Notes: generated by a model from the sequence alone, not told the origin. A stretch of DNA of 64,000 nucleotides from Alkalispirochaeta sp. (GCA_965601925.1 OZ271854.1:4463604-4527603); one strand, 5' to 3'. Positions 1 to 8,607 are shown, numbered from the stretch's first letter. Numbers and translations are program-made.

Positions 1-246
1 CAAGCCGTGAAACGTCGTCGCAACGATAATCGCCGAAGTATCGTGCGGCGACACGGTTGCACTGGTGATATATGTATTTAATCCGGTGACCTCGCGAAGG
101 GCCGCCGCCTCGCGAAGGCTCTCCTCGCCGCTTCGCCGAATCAATACGGCGGTCGACTCTACGCGCATCTCCTCGACCGAGGCCGACACCGCAAGACCGA
201 CGAGGCACAGAAGCGCCGCTGTTAATCGGAACGTCTTGGTACTCAT
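1..246 (-). CDS. Secreted protein, N-terminal part only (runs off the window start)
   Basis: Translated by hand; not in the ORF track. ATG at 246, open to position 1: MSTKTFRLTAALLCLVGLAVSASVEEMRVE...SPHDTSAIIVATTFHGL. Signal-peptide-like N-terminus. TACGAT lies 8 nt upstream. Confidence 0.65.
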   Translation of the reverse strand, partial: MSTKTFRLTAALLCLVGLAVSASVEEMRVESTAVLIRRSGEESLREAAALREVTGLNTYITSATVSPHDTSAIIVATTFHGL

Positions 247-371
247 ATCGCGCGATCGTACCATACCGGCAAGAGGCGTGACAGCTCTTTTGAGGCGACC
301 TCTCGCGCTCTTCGGCGGCCCACGCCTTTCGATACTTGGAAAAACGCATTATTGTTATGGAGGAGGGCGGG

Positions 372-863
372 ATGAAGATAGCGATTTTCAGCGATATACA
401 CGACAATATCTGGAATCTGGAACGAGCCCTTAAGGACCTCGCGCGACACGGTCCGGGTGTGTTGTTCTTTCTCGGCGATTTCTGCGCCCCCTTCACACTC
501 TCCCAGTTGGCAGAAGGCTTTCCGGGACCGATTCATGCCGTCTTCGGCAACAACGATGGTGATACGTTTCTTTTAAGCGCGATCGCGGCACAGCATCCCC
601 ACGTGACATTACATGGGCAAATGGCGGAAGTCACGGTCGAGGAGGAGCTGTTCGCCCTCAACCATTATCCCGATATCGCACGCCGACTGGCCGAGAGTCG
701 GCGGTACACCGCCGTGTTCAGCGGCCACGACCACCGTCGCTACGTAGAAGAGATCGGACGGACGCTCTGGGCAAACCCGGGCGAAATCATGGGGCGCTTT
801 GGTGAGCCGAGTTACGGTATATACGACGTCGCGGCGCACGACTTTACCCACATCGATATCTGA
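372..863 (+). CDS. Metallophosphoesterase, YfcE/MJ0936 family
   Basis: Motifs SDIHDN, LGDF, GNND, NHYP, SGHDH, NPGE. GGAGG RBS before the ATG at 372. Confidence 0.9.
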   Translation: MKIAIFSDIHDNIWNLERALKDLARHGPGVLFFLGDFCAPFTLSQLAEGFPGPIHAVFGNNDGDTFLLSAIAAQHPHVTLHGQMAEVTVEEELFALNHYPDIARRLAESRRYTAVFSGHDHRRYVEEIGRTLWANPGEIMGRFGEPSYGIYDVAAHDFTHIDI

Positions 864-869
864 GGCGTT

Positions 870-2375
870 ATGAATCGAAATCACATTCCCGGCAACGGGA
901 CACACCCATCCCACGGTGAGCGCAACGCAACACCGTCTCCGGGCGCGGCTCGCGCGACGCTCCGAGAGGAGGCGGTCTCCGCGCTACGCGACATCTTCGG
1001 CGACGATCTTCTGATCGGCCGGACGGATCTCATCGAAAAGTACGCGAAAGATATGGCCGGCGGCTCGTCGTGGCGCATGACACCGGAAGCGGTCGTCTTC
1101 CCGCAGACCACCGAAGACGTCGTTCGCCTTATGACGGTGGCTCGCACGTATCGTATTCCGGTTACGGCGCGGGGAGCGGGAAGCGGTCTCGCCGCCGGAG
1201 CCGTCGCAGCGGCAGGCGGTATCGTATGTTCCCTCGAAAAGATGAATCGTATCGTCGAGGTCGATACGGAGAACCTCGCGGCCGTTGTGGAACCCGGCGT
1301 CGTGACGCGCGAGTTGGACGCAGCCTTGGAGCCTGCCGGATTGTTTTTCGCCGGGTATCCGATGAGCGAAGAGATCTGCACGATCGGCGGAAACGTCGCT
1401 ACCAACGCCGGAGGCGGTCGTGCGGTCAAATACGGCGTTACGGGTCATCACGTACTGGGACTCCAGGTTGTAACCGCCGGCGGGGAGGTTCTCAATCTGG
1501 GCGGAAAGCGACTCAAAGATGTCACGGGCCTCAATCTGCTGCCGCTGTTCGTGGGAAGTGAGGGCGTCCTCGGCATTATCACGCGCATCACCGTGCGCCT
1601 CACGCCGCGCCCGGGAGATCGAACGGCCTTCCTGGTCTCCTTTGCGTCCTCACAGGACGCGACGGCCGCGGTCGGTGCACTACGGCGCAGCGAGGCGGGC
1701 GTCCCGTCATCGATCGAGTATATCGACGGTAAAACCGCAGCCGGCGCGGCCGCACAACTGTGGCGCAACACGCCGGCGCCGTTTCTCTTCGACGATTCGG
1801 CGGGAGCGCTGCTGCTCGTCGAGTCCGAAGGTCGCAGCCGCAAGGAAGCGCACGCGATATTGGAACGCTACCGCCCCTCGATTGAACGGCACAGCGGATC
1901 CGTCGTCGTCGTCGCCGACTCCCCTGCCGCGTTGGCGACGATCTGGAAGCTCCGTAAGGCGGTCCCGTGGTGGGTCAAACGGCAAAGCGGAGTCCACCAC
2001 TCGGTAGAGGATGTGGTCGTCCCGTCCACCGCGATACCGGAACTCGTACGCCGCGCCCTCGAATTGGAAGCGTCGTCGGGTCTGAACGTCGCGATCTTCG
2101 GCCACGCCGGTGACGGCAACTTTCACATCAATCCGATGAAGCCGGCCGCTATGTCTCCGGCGGAGTGGGAGGCGCGCCTCCACGAGTTTTTAACCGCTCT
2201 GTACCGCGTCACCGTCTCACTCGGCGGCACGATCAGCGGTGAGCACGGCATCGGTCGCAAACGGACCGCCGCGCTCTCCCTTGCTCTTAGCGACGCTGAA
2301 ATCGCAGTCATGCGACGCCTCAAGGATGCCCTCGATCCCGATGGAATTCTCAATCCCGGGGTGCTGTTACCGTAA
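870..2375 (+). CDS. FAD-linked oxidase (GlcD / D-2-hydroxyacid dehydrogenase family)
   Basis: PEAVVFP, RGAGSGLAAG, TIGGNVATNAGG, KYGVT, GSEGVLGIIT, FGHAGDGNFH, GEHGIG. Confidence 0.88.
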   Translation: MNRNHIPGNGTHPSHGERNATPSPGAARATLREEAVSALRDIFGDDLLIGRTDLIEKYAKDMAGGSSWRMTPEAVVFPQTTEDVVRLMTVARTYRIPVTARGAGSGLAAGAVAAAGGIVCSLEKMNRIVEVDTENLAAVVEPGVVTRELDAALEPAGLFFAGYPMSEEICTIGGNVATNAGGGRAVKYGVTGHHVLGLQVVTAGGEVLNLGGKRLKDVTGLNLLPLFVGSEGVLGIITRITVRLTPRPGDRTAFLVSFASSQDATAAVGALRRSEAGVPSSIEYIDGKTAAGAAAQLWRNTPAPFLFDDSAGALLLVESEGRSRKEAHAILERYRPSIERHSGSVVVVADSPAALATIWKLRKAVPWWVKRQSGVHHSVEDVVVPSTAIPELVRRALELEASSGLNVAIFGHAGDGNFHINPMKPAAMSPAEWEARLHEFLTALYRVTVSLGGTISGEHGIGRKRTAALSLALSDAEIAVMRRLKDALDPDGILNPGVLLP

Positions 2376-2440
2376 AGGCGCCTCTCCGCGCAGAGCTGCA
2401 ACGGGAACGTATAACGCATTGAGGTTCGCGATGCGGCGCA

Positions 2441-2725
2441 TCATCCCTCATGAAGAAGATCTCGGAACTCCGGGTGGCGTTCGAAAAAACGCACCGCATA
2501 CGAGCATCGCGGCCGCACTTTGACCCCGGTACGGCGCGCGTACTCAACCGCCGCGCGAACGAGTTGGCCTGCGATCCCCTGCCCACGCATCGAGGCTGGT
2601 GTAAAGGTGTGATCGAGAATCAACGCGCCGTCGGCGGCGACTCGATAGTCGACGACGGCCTCGTCGCCGGCCGCATACACGACGAAGCGTTTGCGCTCGC
2701 TCTCGTGCAGGATATCGTGTTCCAT
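2441..2725 (-). CDS. Small GNAT-family N-acetyltransferase (YjdJ-like)
   Basis: LDHTFTPASMRGQGIAGQLV...PRCSYA. ATG at 2725 overlaps the upstream stop (TAATG). Confidence 0.85.
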   Translation of the reverse strand: MEHDILHESERKRFVVYAAGDEAVVDYRVAADGALILDHTFTPASMRGQGIAGQLVRAAVEYARRTGVKVRPRCSYAVRFFERHPEFRDLLHEG

Positions 2726-3729
2726 TAGTACTCGCCCTCCATGTTGACGGTGCCGCCCCGACCGTCGGGAGCGCCTTCCGATAGCCACGAGATGAGGCGA
2801 TCCACGATCTCCTCTGCGCTCGCGAGTGTCGCCTGTTCCGTATATCCGCCCATATGAGAGGACATCAATATATTGTCGAGATCGCGAAATGGAAACCGAG
2901 CCGGTTCCTTACGAGAACCGGGAGGATCGGGATACCGGTACCACGTATCGATCGCAGCTCCCGCAAGCGTTCGTTCGACCAATGCGTTATACAACGCCTC
3001 CTCGTCTATGAGCTCACCGCGACCGACGTTCACGAGCACCGCGTCGCGCATAACCGCCAGTTCCGCCGGTCCGATTATTCCGCGCGTGCTGGTTGTCAAT
3101 GGGAGCGCGACGATAACGATATCCGCGCCTCGGAGCGTCCCGTGCAAATCATTGCTCACGGCGGAGAAAAGCCCGTCGGGAAGATCGTCGTCCGTGCGCG
3201 TACGACGAAATCCGCGGCACGAGACACCGAATGGCGAAAGAAACCGGGCGACCCATCGACCGATCGATCCGGTACCGAGCACTGCAGCGGTCATCCCGTT
3301 CACCGATCGCCAGCTCTCCGCAACGGGCTCTGCCGCTGCGAACCCGTGCCACACCCCGCGACGTAGGTCGCGGTCACCGGTAACGAGTTTGCCGAGGAGT
3401 CCGAGGAGGAGCGCCACGGTACGCTCGGCGACCCACCGCCCGTTGGCGTGGGCATTGATAACCTCGATCCCTCGGCGTCGGAGCTCCGGAATGGGAAGTG
3501 TATTGATACCGGCCATCGGCACGGCAACCATCTTAAGGTCGGGAAGGCGCTCCAAGTGCGACTTGTCCAAGGTAAAGCCCACCATCGCGATCGAGCGCCG
3601 TAAAAACGCATCGTCCGGCTTCTGCGCCTCGGCGCGACAAAATCGTACCGTCGCGCCGTCCACGCCTTCCACCCGTTGTGCCAGCTTACGCCAGAACTCG
3701 TTGTCGGGCGTATCGAAGAGTACATTCAC
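2725..3729 (-). CDS. D-isomer-specific 2-hydroxyacid dehydrogenase family protein
   Basis: GTGSIG Rossmann motif, VNVGRG, AIDTW, SSHMGG. Start is GTG 3729 (7 nt after TACAAT) or ATG 3738. Confidence 0.88.
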   Translation of the reverse strand: MNVLFDTPDNEFWRKLAQRVEGVDGATVRFCRAEAQKPDDAFLRRSIAMVGFTLDKSHLERLPDLKMVAVPMAGINTLPIPELRRRGIEVINAHANGRWVAERTVALLLGLLGKLVTGDRDLRRGVWHGFAAAEPVAESWRSVNGMTAAVLGTGSIGRWVARFLSPFGVSCRGFRRTRTDDDLPDGLFSAVSNDLHGTLRGADIVIVALPLTTSTRGIIGPAELAVMRDAVLVNVGRGELIDEEALYNALVERTLAGAAIDTWYRYPDPPGSRKEPARFPFRDLDNILMSSHMGGYTEQATLASAEEIVDRLISWLSEGAPDGRGGTVNMEGEY

Positions 3730-3789
3730 TCCGGCCATTGTACACGCACCGTCGCTTGAACAAAAGTGCACCGTGGTTTAGCGTCGCGT

Positions 3790-4794
3790 ATGCGTCACTC
3801 TGGTTCTGCACACGGGGATGAAAGCGCCGATAATCGCGGCGCTCCGGCGAGCGGTGTGCGACGCTACCTCCGCGAGAGTCTCGGCAGCAGTTGGACTACC
3901 GTCTGGTGGCTCATCCGCATCATGGTACCGGCCTCGGCAACGGTTTTCATTCTCAGTCGTACGGGGCTTCTGGCGGTTCTCGCTCACGTGTTGGAGCCGG
4001 TAATGGCGCTCATCGATCTACCCGGAGGCGCCGCAGTCGCCGTGGTATCGAGCGTGCTGGTCAACTTGTACGCCGCGATCGCGATTATTCCCGCCTTGGG
4101 ACTCGATCACCGCCAGCTCGTCATTTTGGCGTTACTCTGTTTGGTAGCGCACAACTATTTGGTTGAGTTGCTGGTGACGCGGCGTACCGGTACGCCGATC
4201 GTACGTATGCTCATAGTGAGAACCGTCGGAGGGCTCTTCCTGGCGTGGGTTGCCTCGCGGATCGTACCCGAAGGTGGGAGTTGGACGACGCCTCTCCTAC
4301 TCCCGGGAGGCGACACCGGTGCGGCGTCGTCCCTGTTCGGTATCGAGGCACTCATGCAATGGCTCGAAGGCGTCGTCCGTCTCATTCTGCGAGCGGCGTC
4401 AATTGTGACGCTCCTCATATTCGTGAGTCGCGCTCTGCAGTATTGCGGCATTATCGACTGGATAGCGCACCATCTGAGACCGATTATGAATGTGTTCGGC
4501 CTCCCCCATTCGAGTGGTCCGGCGTGGATCGTAGCCAACACTCTCGGCCTCGCCTACGGGGCGGCGGTACTTCGCGAGGAGGCCGAAAGCGGCCGGCTCA
4601 ACGCCGCCGACGGCGATCTCCTGAACCATCACCTCGGCGTATCGCACTCTCTGTTCGAGGATACCTTTCTGTTTGTCGCCTTGGGTGCCCCGACGCTATG
4701 GCTGATTGCGCCGCGTGTCGCACTCGCCTTCCTCATCGTGTGGGAACGTCGCATCGAACGTCGCCTGGGCATACCGCAGACGACGCGTCTTTAG
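3790..4794 (+). CDS. Membrane protein with nucleoside-recognition (Gate) domains
   Basis: Multiple TM segments in two related halves (LEPVMALIDLPG / LRPIMNVFGLP; SHSLFED). Start uncertain (3766-3790). Confidence 0.7.
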   Translation: MRHSGSAHGDESADNRGAPASGVRRYLRESLGSSWTTVWWLIRIMVPASATVFILSRTGLLAVLAHVLEPVMALIDLPGGAAVAVVSSVLVNLYAAIAIIPALGLDHRQLVILALLCLVAHNYLVELLVTRRTGTPIVRMLIVRTVGGLFLAWVASRIVPEGGSWTTPLLLPGGDTGAASSLFGIEALMQWLEGVVRLILRAASIVTLLIFVSRALQYCGIIDWIAHHLRPIMNVFGLPHSSGPAWIVANTLGLAYGAAVLREEAESGRLNAADGDLLNHHLGVSHSLFEDTFLFVALGAPTLWLIAPRVALAFLIVWERRIERRLGIPQTTRL

Positions 4795-4803
4795 CCTCGA
4801 CGC

Positions 4804-5349
4804 CTATTCGGTCGCCGGTACCTCCAGGCGTCGCGGAGTAGACGCCGCCGAGGAGTGGTCGTGGTTGCACGTCTTGAGGGCCTGCAAACCGTAGAGAATC
4901 TGACACAAGTTCTCGCATTGGGGGGTCCAATCGAACCGTTTGTCCGGATTCCGGCGATAGAAATTGTTGAACTGCACGAGTCTACACAGTACGTCGCTGG
5001 GAAGATTTTGCTCGATCTGGGCCGACACGATCTCCGCACGTTCCGCCGATAGGCCAAGCGCCAACTCTAAAAAGTCCTGGGTCGCGCGGTGCTTGAGTAA
5101 TAACTGTCGCGCCTCCGCCGAGCCACGATCCGTTAACGTCACGTACCCGTACGGCTCGTATTCGATCAACCCCGCTTTATCCAATTTCTGTAGGGCGCCG
5201 GTGACCGACGGACGACTGACCCCGACCAAATCGGCTATGTCTTTGGAACGTGCCACGCGACTCTCGGCCGAGAGCTCATAAATTGCCAGGACGTATCGTC
5301 CCAAACTATCGGTGAGACTACCAGCGGCCTCCGTCGTCTTTCCACTCAT
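4804..5349 (-). CDS. DtxR/MntR-family transcriptional regulator, atypical ligand set
   Basis: wHTH ARSKDIADLVGVSRPSVTGALQKL, YEPYGYVTLTDRG, KHR..FL...LG dimerisation helix. Cys/His-rich tail. Confidence 0.88.
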   Translation of the reverse strand: MSGKTTEAAGSLTDSLGRYVLAIYELSAESRVARSKDIADLVGVSRPSVTGALQKLDKAGLIEYEPYGYVTLTDRGSAEARQLLLKHRATQDFLELALGLSAERAEIVSAQIEQNLPSDVLCRLVQFNNFYRRNPDKRFDWTPQCENLCQILYGLQALKTCNHDHSSAASTPRRLEVPATE

Positions 5350-5517
5350 CGTTCTCTCCTTACCGTTCCATATGTCAAAACGTTATCGTGCACGTCGACT
5401 CATCGATGCAACTCGCGCATCATAAGAAGACGGTCGGGTGCTTTCTCCCGCTCCATGGGGGTCTATATCGGAAGAACAACATGCGGTGCAGGGGACAAAA
5501 AAAGGACCCAAACCATG

Positions 5518-5559
5518 TTAGCTACAGCTAATTATATTCGTTTTACCGGGTTCGGTCAA
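5518..5559 (-). promoter_or_regulatory. Sigma70-type promoter of the DtxR-like gene with an overlapping palindromic operator candidate
   Basis: Minus strand TTGACC (5559-5554), 17 nt, TATAAT (5536-5531). Inverted repeat TTAGC-TACA-GCTAA at 5518-5531 abuts and overlaps the -10. Confidence 0.7.
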
Positions 5560-5621
5560 TCTGGACCGGTTACCCGCAGCGCCCCTTGATGGTCGGTCGC
5601 GAGATATTTACCTTATGCCCC

Positions 5622-5855
5622 ATGGATCAGAGGGTTATCATCATGCACGGCCTGAGCTACGCCGAAATCGATCTCGTCATGCGAGCGGTTAAAAAGGAGC
5701 TTGAACGTCCGCGCGACATCATCTTCGCCAAAACGACCGACAACTCCCTCACCATGAAGGTCGGAGAACTTATCAAAGATCTGAGCGAGGACCACGAATA
5801 TCTGAAAAACAATCCGCCGGAGATACCGCCGCGGCCTGAGACGGGCGAATCGTAA
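5622..5855 (+). CDS. DUF3783-like small protein
   Basis: RVIIMHGLSYAEIDLVMRAVKK...IIFAKTTDNSLTMKVGELIKDLSEDHEY. Preceded by TTGATG, 17 nt, TACCTT, 7 nt, ATG. Confidence 0.7.
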   Translation: MDQRVIIMHGLSYAEIDLVMRAVKKELERPRDIIFAKTTDNSLTMKVGELIKDLSEDHEYLKNNPPEIPPRPETGES

Positions 5856-5880
5856 TACCGAGCCGACCGCGGCACCGCCG

Positions 5881-6624
5881 TTACGACGTCGAGGAAGAGG
5901 TACCGGCCGTCTTCGCATAGAGCCGGTACGCGCCCGTTTCGCCTTTTTGGGAGTACCCGATGTGCCGTAAAAATCGCTGATGCGCCCGCGCGCCGAGCGG
6001 CACCGGGACGACGAAGAAGGAGGCTCCGGGGCCTTCATCAAACTCGATTGCGCTGTGCAGGTGATGAACGAGTCCCAGTCCTCTATATTTGCGAGTCACA
6101 TAGTCAACGGGAATCATCATCGATTGATCGGGAAAGAGCTCGGTATGCACGGCTTCGTAGATCTCACGTAGCTCCGGGTCCCCGGCGTCCTCTGGACTCG
6201 GTGCCGGATGAACGAGGGCGAATCCCACAACCGTCAAGTCCTTGAAAGCGAGATACCCGCGGCCACCCGACTCGAAACACTGTGCGACGCGATCGGTTGA
6301 AAAATCCGGAAAAAAACGCCTGATATCTTCAAGGTGGTGCGTGACGAAATCGTCTACGTAACTCTTTTTCTCCACTCCGATCGAGACGTAACGAACGCCA
6401 TTCAGGTCCGGCTTGAGCATCCGTACCAAATAGTAGATATCGATAAGTGTAATGAACCCGTTGGTAATGATGACGGGAACACTTCCGACCAATACGCCGT
6501 ACATTACAAAGACGACGGCGCCGATCAGATTGAGCACCCGCAGCGCCAAGATGGAACTCATAAGAAGCGACAGCGCCACCAATATCGACGCAACATAGCC
6601 CGCCAGTTCGGTTGCAAGAGACAT
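5881..6624 (-). CDS. YgjV-like membrane domain fused to a soluble (GNAT-like) C-terminal domain
   Basis: Three N-terminal TM helices (GYVASILVALSLLMSSILALRVLNLIGA...). The C-terminal region ends AHQRFLRHIGY, resembling the end of a GNAT fold. Confidence 0.65.
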   Translation of the reverse strand: MSLATELAGYVASILVALSLLMSSILALRVLNLIGAVVFVMYGVLVGSVPVIITNGFITLIDIYYLVRMLKPDLNGVRYVSIGVEKKSYVDDFVTHHLEDIRRFFPDFSTDRVAQCFESGGRGYLAFKDLTVVGFALVHPAPSPEDAGDPELREIYEAVHTELFPDQSMMIPVDYVTRKYRGLGLVHHLHSAIEFDEGPGASFFVVPVPLGARAHQRFLRHIGYSQKGETGAYRLYAKTAGTSSSTS

Positions 6625-6677
6625 GGGCAGCACTATAGACGCTTGTTACAAATCTGTCACTTCCGTAGTATTGCGTC

Positions 6678-7733
6678 ATGCAGATCCGGCGCGCGATAGA
6701 GGCGCTCTCTCCATATGTACCCGGCGAGCGGAGAGCGGGGGCCGTCAAGCTCTCGTCGAATGAGAATCCCATCGGCTGTTCACCGGCGGTGCGCGAGGCG
6801 CTACGCGTAGCGGCGGATGAGGTCCATCTCTATCCCGACGGAAGTGCACGCACGCTCGTCGACGCGCTGTCGCGCCATATCGAGGCCAGACCGGAAGAGA
6901 TTATCGTCGGTAACGGATCGGATGAGATCATCACACTCATTGCCGCCACCTACATCGAGCCGGGCATGTCGGTCCTCATCGGGGCGCACACCTTTTCTCA
7001 GTACGCCTACGCAAGCACGCTCTTCGGTGCACGCGTACGCAAGGTACCCATGCCGGCCTTGGAGCTTCGTCCCGAGGATTTTCTGTCGCACATAGATGAT
7101 ACGACACGGATTGTGTTCCTCTGTTCACCGAACAATCCGACCGGTACGGCGTTCTCTCACGAGCAACTCGTCTCGTTTCTCGATCATCTGCCGGACAACG
7201 TGCTCGTCGTCGTCGACCAGGCGTACGTAGAATACCAAACCGATCGAACGGCGGCCTACGCCGATCGCCTCGTCAATCGATACTCCAACGTGATCGTGCT
7301 GCATACCTTTTCCAAGATCTACGGTTTGGCGGCGCTCCGTCTCGGCTACGGTTTGGCGTGCACGGAGCGCATAGCCGACTTGCAACGAGTTCGTCCGCCC
7401 TTCAGCGTAAACAGCTTCGCACAAGCGGCGGGAATAGCTGCACTATCGGACACCTCCTTCATTAAACGATCGCTGGACGTGAATCGCCGCGGTATGGGGC
7501 GAATGCAGCGGCTGCTGGATGAGCTCGGTTTGCGTTGGTTACCGAGTCAGGCCAACTTCATCACGTTCGGTGTCGCGGGAGCGGCGCGTGAGACGGCGGC
7601 GGCGATTGCCGAACACGGAGTGACGGTACGCGCTCTTGGAAGCTTCGGCCTCCCGTCGCACATACGCGTTACCGTCGGTACCGACGACGATATCGATCGT
7701 CTGGAGCGAGCTCTGCGCGAGATCGTTCGATAA
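6678..7733 (+). CDS. hisC: Histidinol-phosphate aminotransferase
   Basis: KLSSNENP, GNGSDEII, CSPNNPTG, DQAY, HTFSKIYGLAALRLGY, PSQANF, IRVTVGT. Confidence 0.92.
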   Translation: MQIRRAIEALSPYVPGERRAGAVKLSSNENPIGCSPAVREALRVAADEVHLYPDGSARTLVDALSRHIEARPEEIIVGNGSDEIITLIAATYIEPGMSVLIGAHTFSQYAYASTLFGARVRKVPMPALELRPEDFLSHIDDTTRIVFLCSPNNPTGTAFSHEQLVSFLDHLPDNVLVVVDQAYVEYQTDRTAAYADRLVNRYSNVIVLHTFSKIYGLAALRLGYGLACTERIADLQRVRPPFSVNSFAQAAGIAALSDTSFIKRSLDVNRRGMGRMQRLLDELGLRWLPSQANFITFGVAGAARETAAAIAEHGVTVRALGSFGLPSHIRVTVGTDDDIDRLERALREIVR

Positions 7734-7752
7734 CGTTCGAGGTGACATCCCC

Positions 7753-8295
7753 ATGACTCCGACAGTGATCTTTCTCAATGTAACCCTCGTCTTCGCCGCC
7801 CCGGCCCTGGCGTCAATGTTCGTTCCCCGTTTCCCCCTGCGGCCCATCGGGCGCGGAGCGATCGCCGCGGCCGCCGTTCTCCTCACGCTCATCCTCGTTC
7901 GCGAGTTGGTACCGGGAGTCTCTCGATGGATGACATCTCCGGACACCCTACTGTGGTGGCTTTTCGTAGTAGCTCTTTCGGAGGAGATTGCCAAGCAAAT
8001 TGCCGTCGGTCCGTCGCGCATCCCGGCTCGCGGGCGCGCAGATGCGGTGGCGTGCGGTCTCGGATTTGCGTCGGTTGAGAATCTTTTGTACCTTATGGCG
8101 TCGCCGGCAACGCTCATCGTGCGGATACTCACGGCGGGAGCGCTCCACGTCGCTACGGTGCTTCTCTATTCGAGGCGGCGCGGAGACACACGGTCGTCTC
8201 CTCTCGTCGATATGGCGAGGCTCACGGTGGGTACCGCACTCCATTTCGGCTATAACACGTTGATCGCGTCCCTTGACACAATTCTCATATTTTGA
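7753..8295 (+). CDS. PrsW-family intramembrane metalloprotease
   Basis: SEEIAK, GLGFASVEN, ALH, and HFGYN motifs in a hydrophobic protein. Confidence 0.78.
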   Translation: MTPTVIFLNVTLVFAAPALASMFVPRFPLRPIGRGAIAAAAVLLTLILVRELVPGVSRWMTSPDTLLWWLFVVALSEEIAKQIAVGPSRIPARGRADAVACGLGFASVENLLYLMASPATLIVRILTAGALHVATVLLYSRRRGDTRSSPLVDMARLTVGTALHFGYNTLIASLDTILIF

Positions 8296-8301
8296 TATTT
8301 T
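8273..8301 (+). promoter_or_regulatory. Sigma70-type promoter for tRNA-Met
   Basis: TTGACA (8273-8278), 17 nt, TATTTT (8296-8301). Embedded in the 3' end of the PrsW CDS. Confidence 0.65.
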
Positions 8302-8313
8302 GCCATCACACAT

Positions 8314-8386
8314 CGCAGGGTAGAGCAGTTGGCAGCTCGTCGGGCTCATAACCCGGAGGTCGCAGGTTCGAGTCCTGCCCCTGCTA
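8314..8386 (+). tRNA. tRNA-Met(CAT), initiator type; CCA not encoded
   Basis: Cloverleaf CGCAGGG / GAGC-AGTTGGCA-GCTC / TCGGG-CTCATAA-CCCGG / GCAGG-TTCGAGT-CCTGC / CCCTGCT-A. The 1:72 pair is mismatched and the anticodon stem has three G-C pairs, both fMet hallmarks. Confidence 0.96.
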
Positions 8387-8391
8387 GTAAA

Positions 8392-8430
8392 AGCGTTGCT
8401 TCGCCGGAAAGAAGCAGCGCTCTTTTTTTT
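8392..8430 (+). terminator. Intrinsic terminator after the tRNA (copy 1)
   Basis: AGCGTTGCTTC-GCCGGAAA-GAAGCAGCGCT followed by a T8 run. Confidence 0.8.
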
Positions 8431-8571
8431 ATCCACGGGACTCGAAACGGAGGTGCGGCGCGAATACCTGGAGCGCAACGCGACACGATGTCGCGTTAGC
8501 ACCATAGGCGGCCCGTCGAGAGGCCACACGATGTGGCCGATCAGAGGGCGAGTCCTGCCCCTGCTAATAAA

Positions 8572-8607
8572 AGCGTTGCTTCGCCGGAAAGAAGCAGCGC
8601 TTTTTTT
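8572..8607 (+). terminator. Intrinsic terminator (copy 2)
   Basis: Same stem-loop as 8392-8421, followed by T7. Confidence 0.75.

Noticed and set aside
5470-5516. Leader peptide in the DtxR-like leader (MVWVLFLSPAPHVVLPI)
   Set aside because: No RBS, no informative codon bias, and no attenuator structure that I could support.
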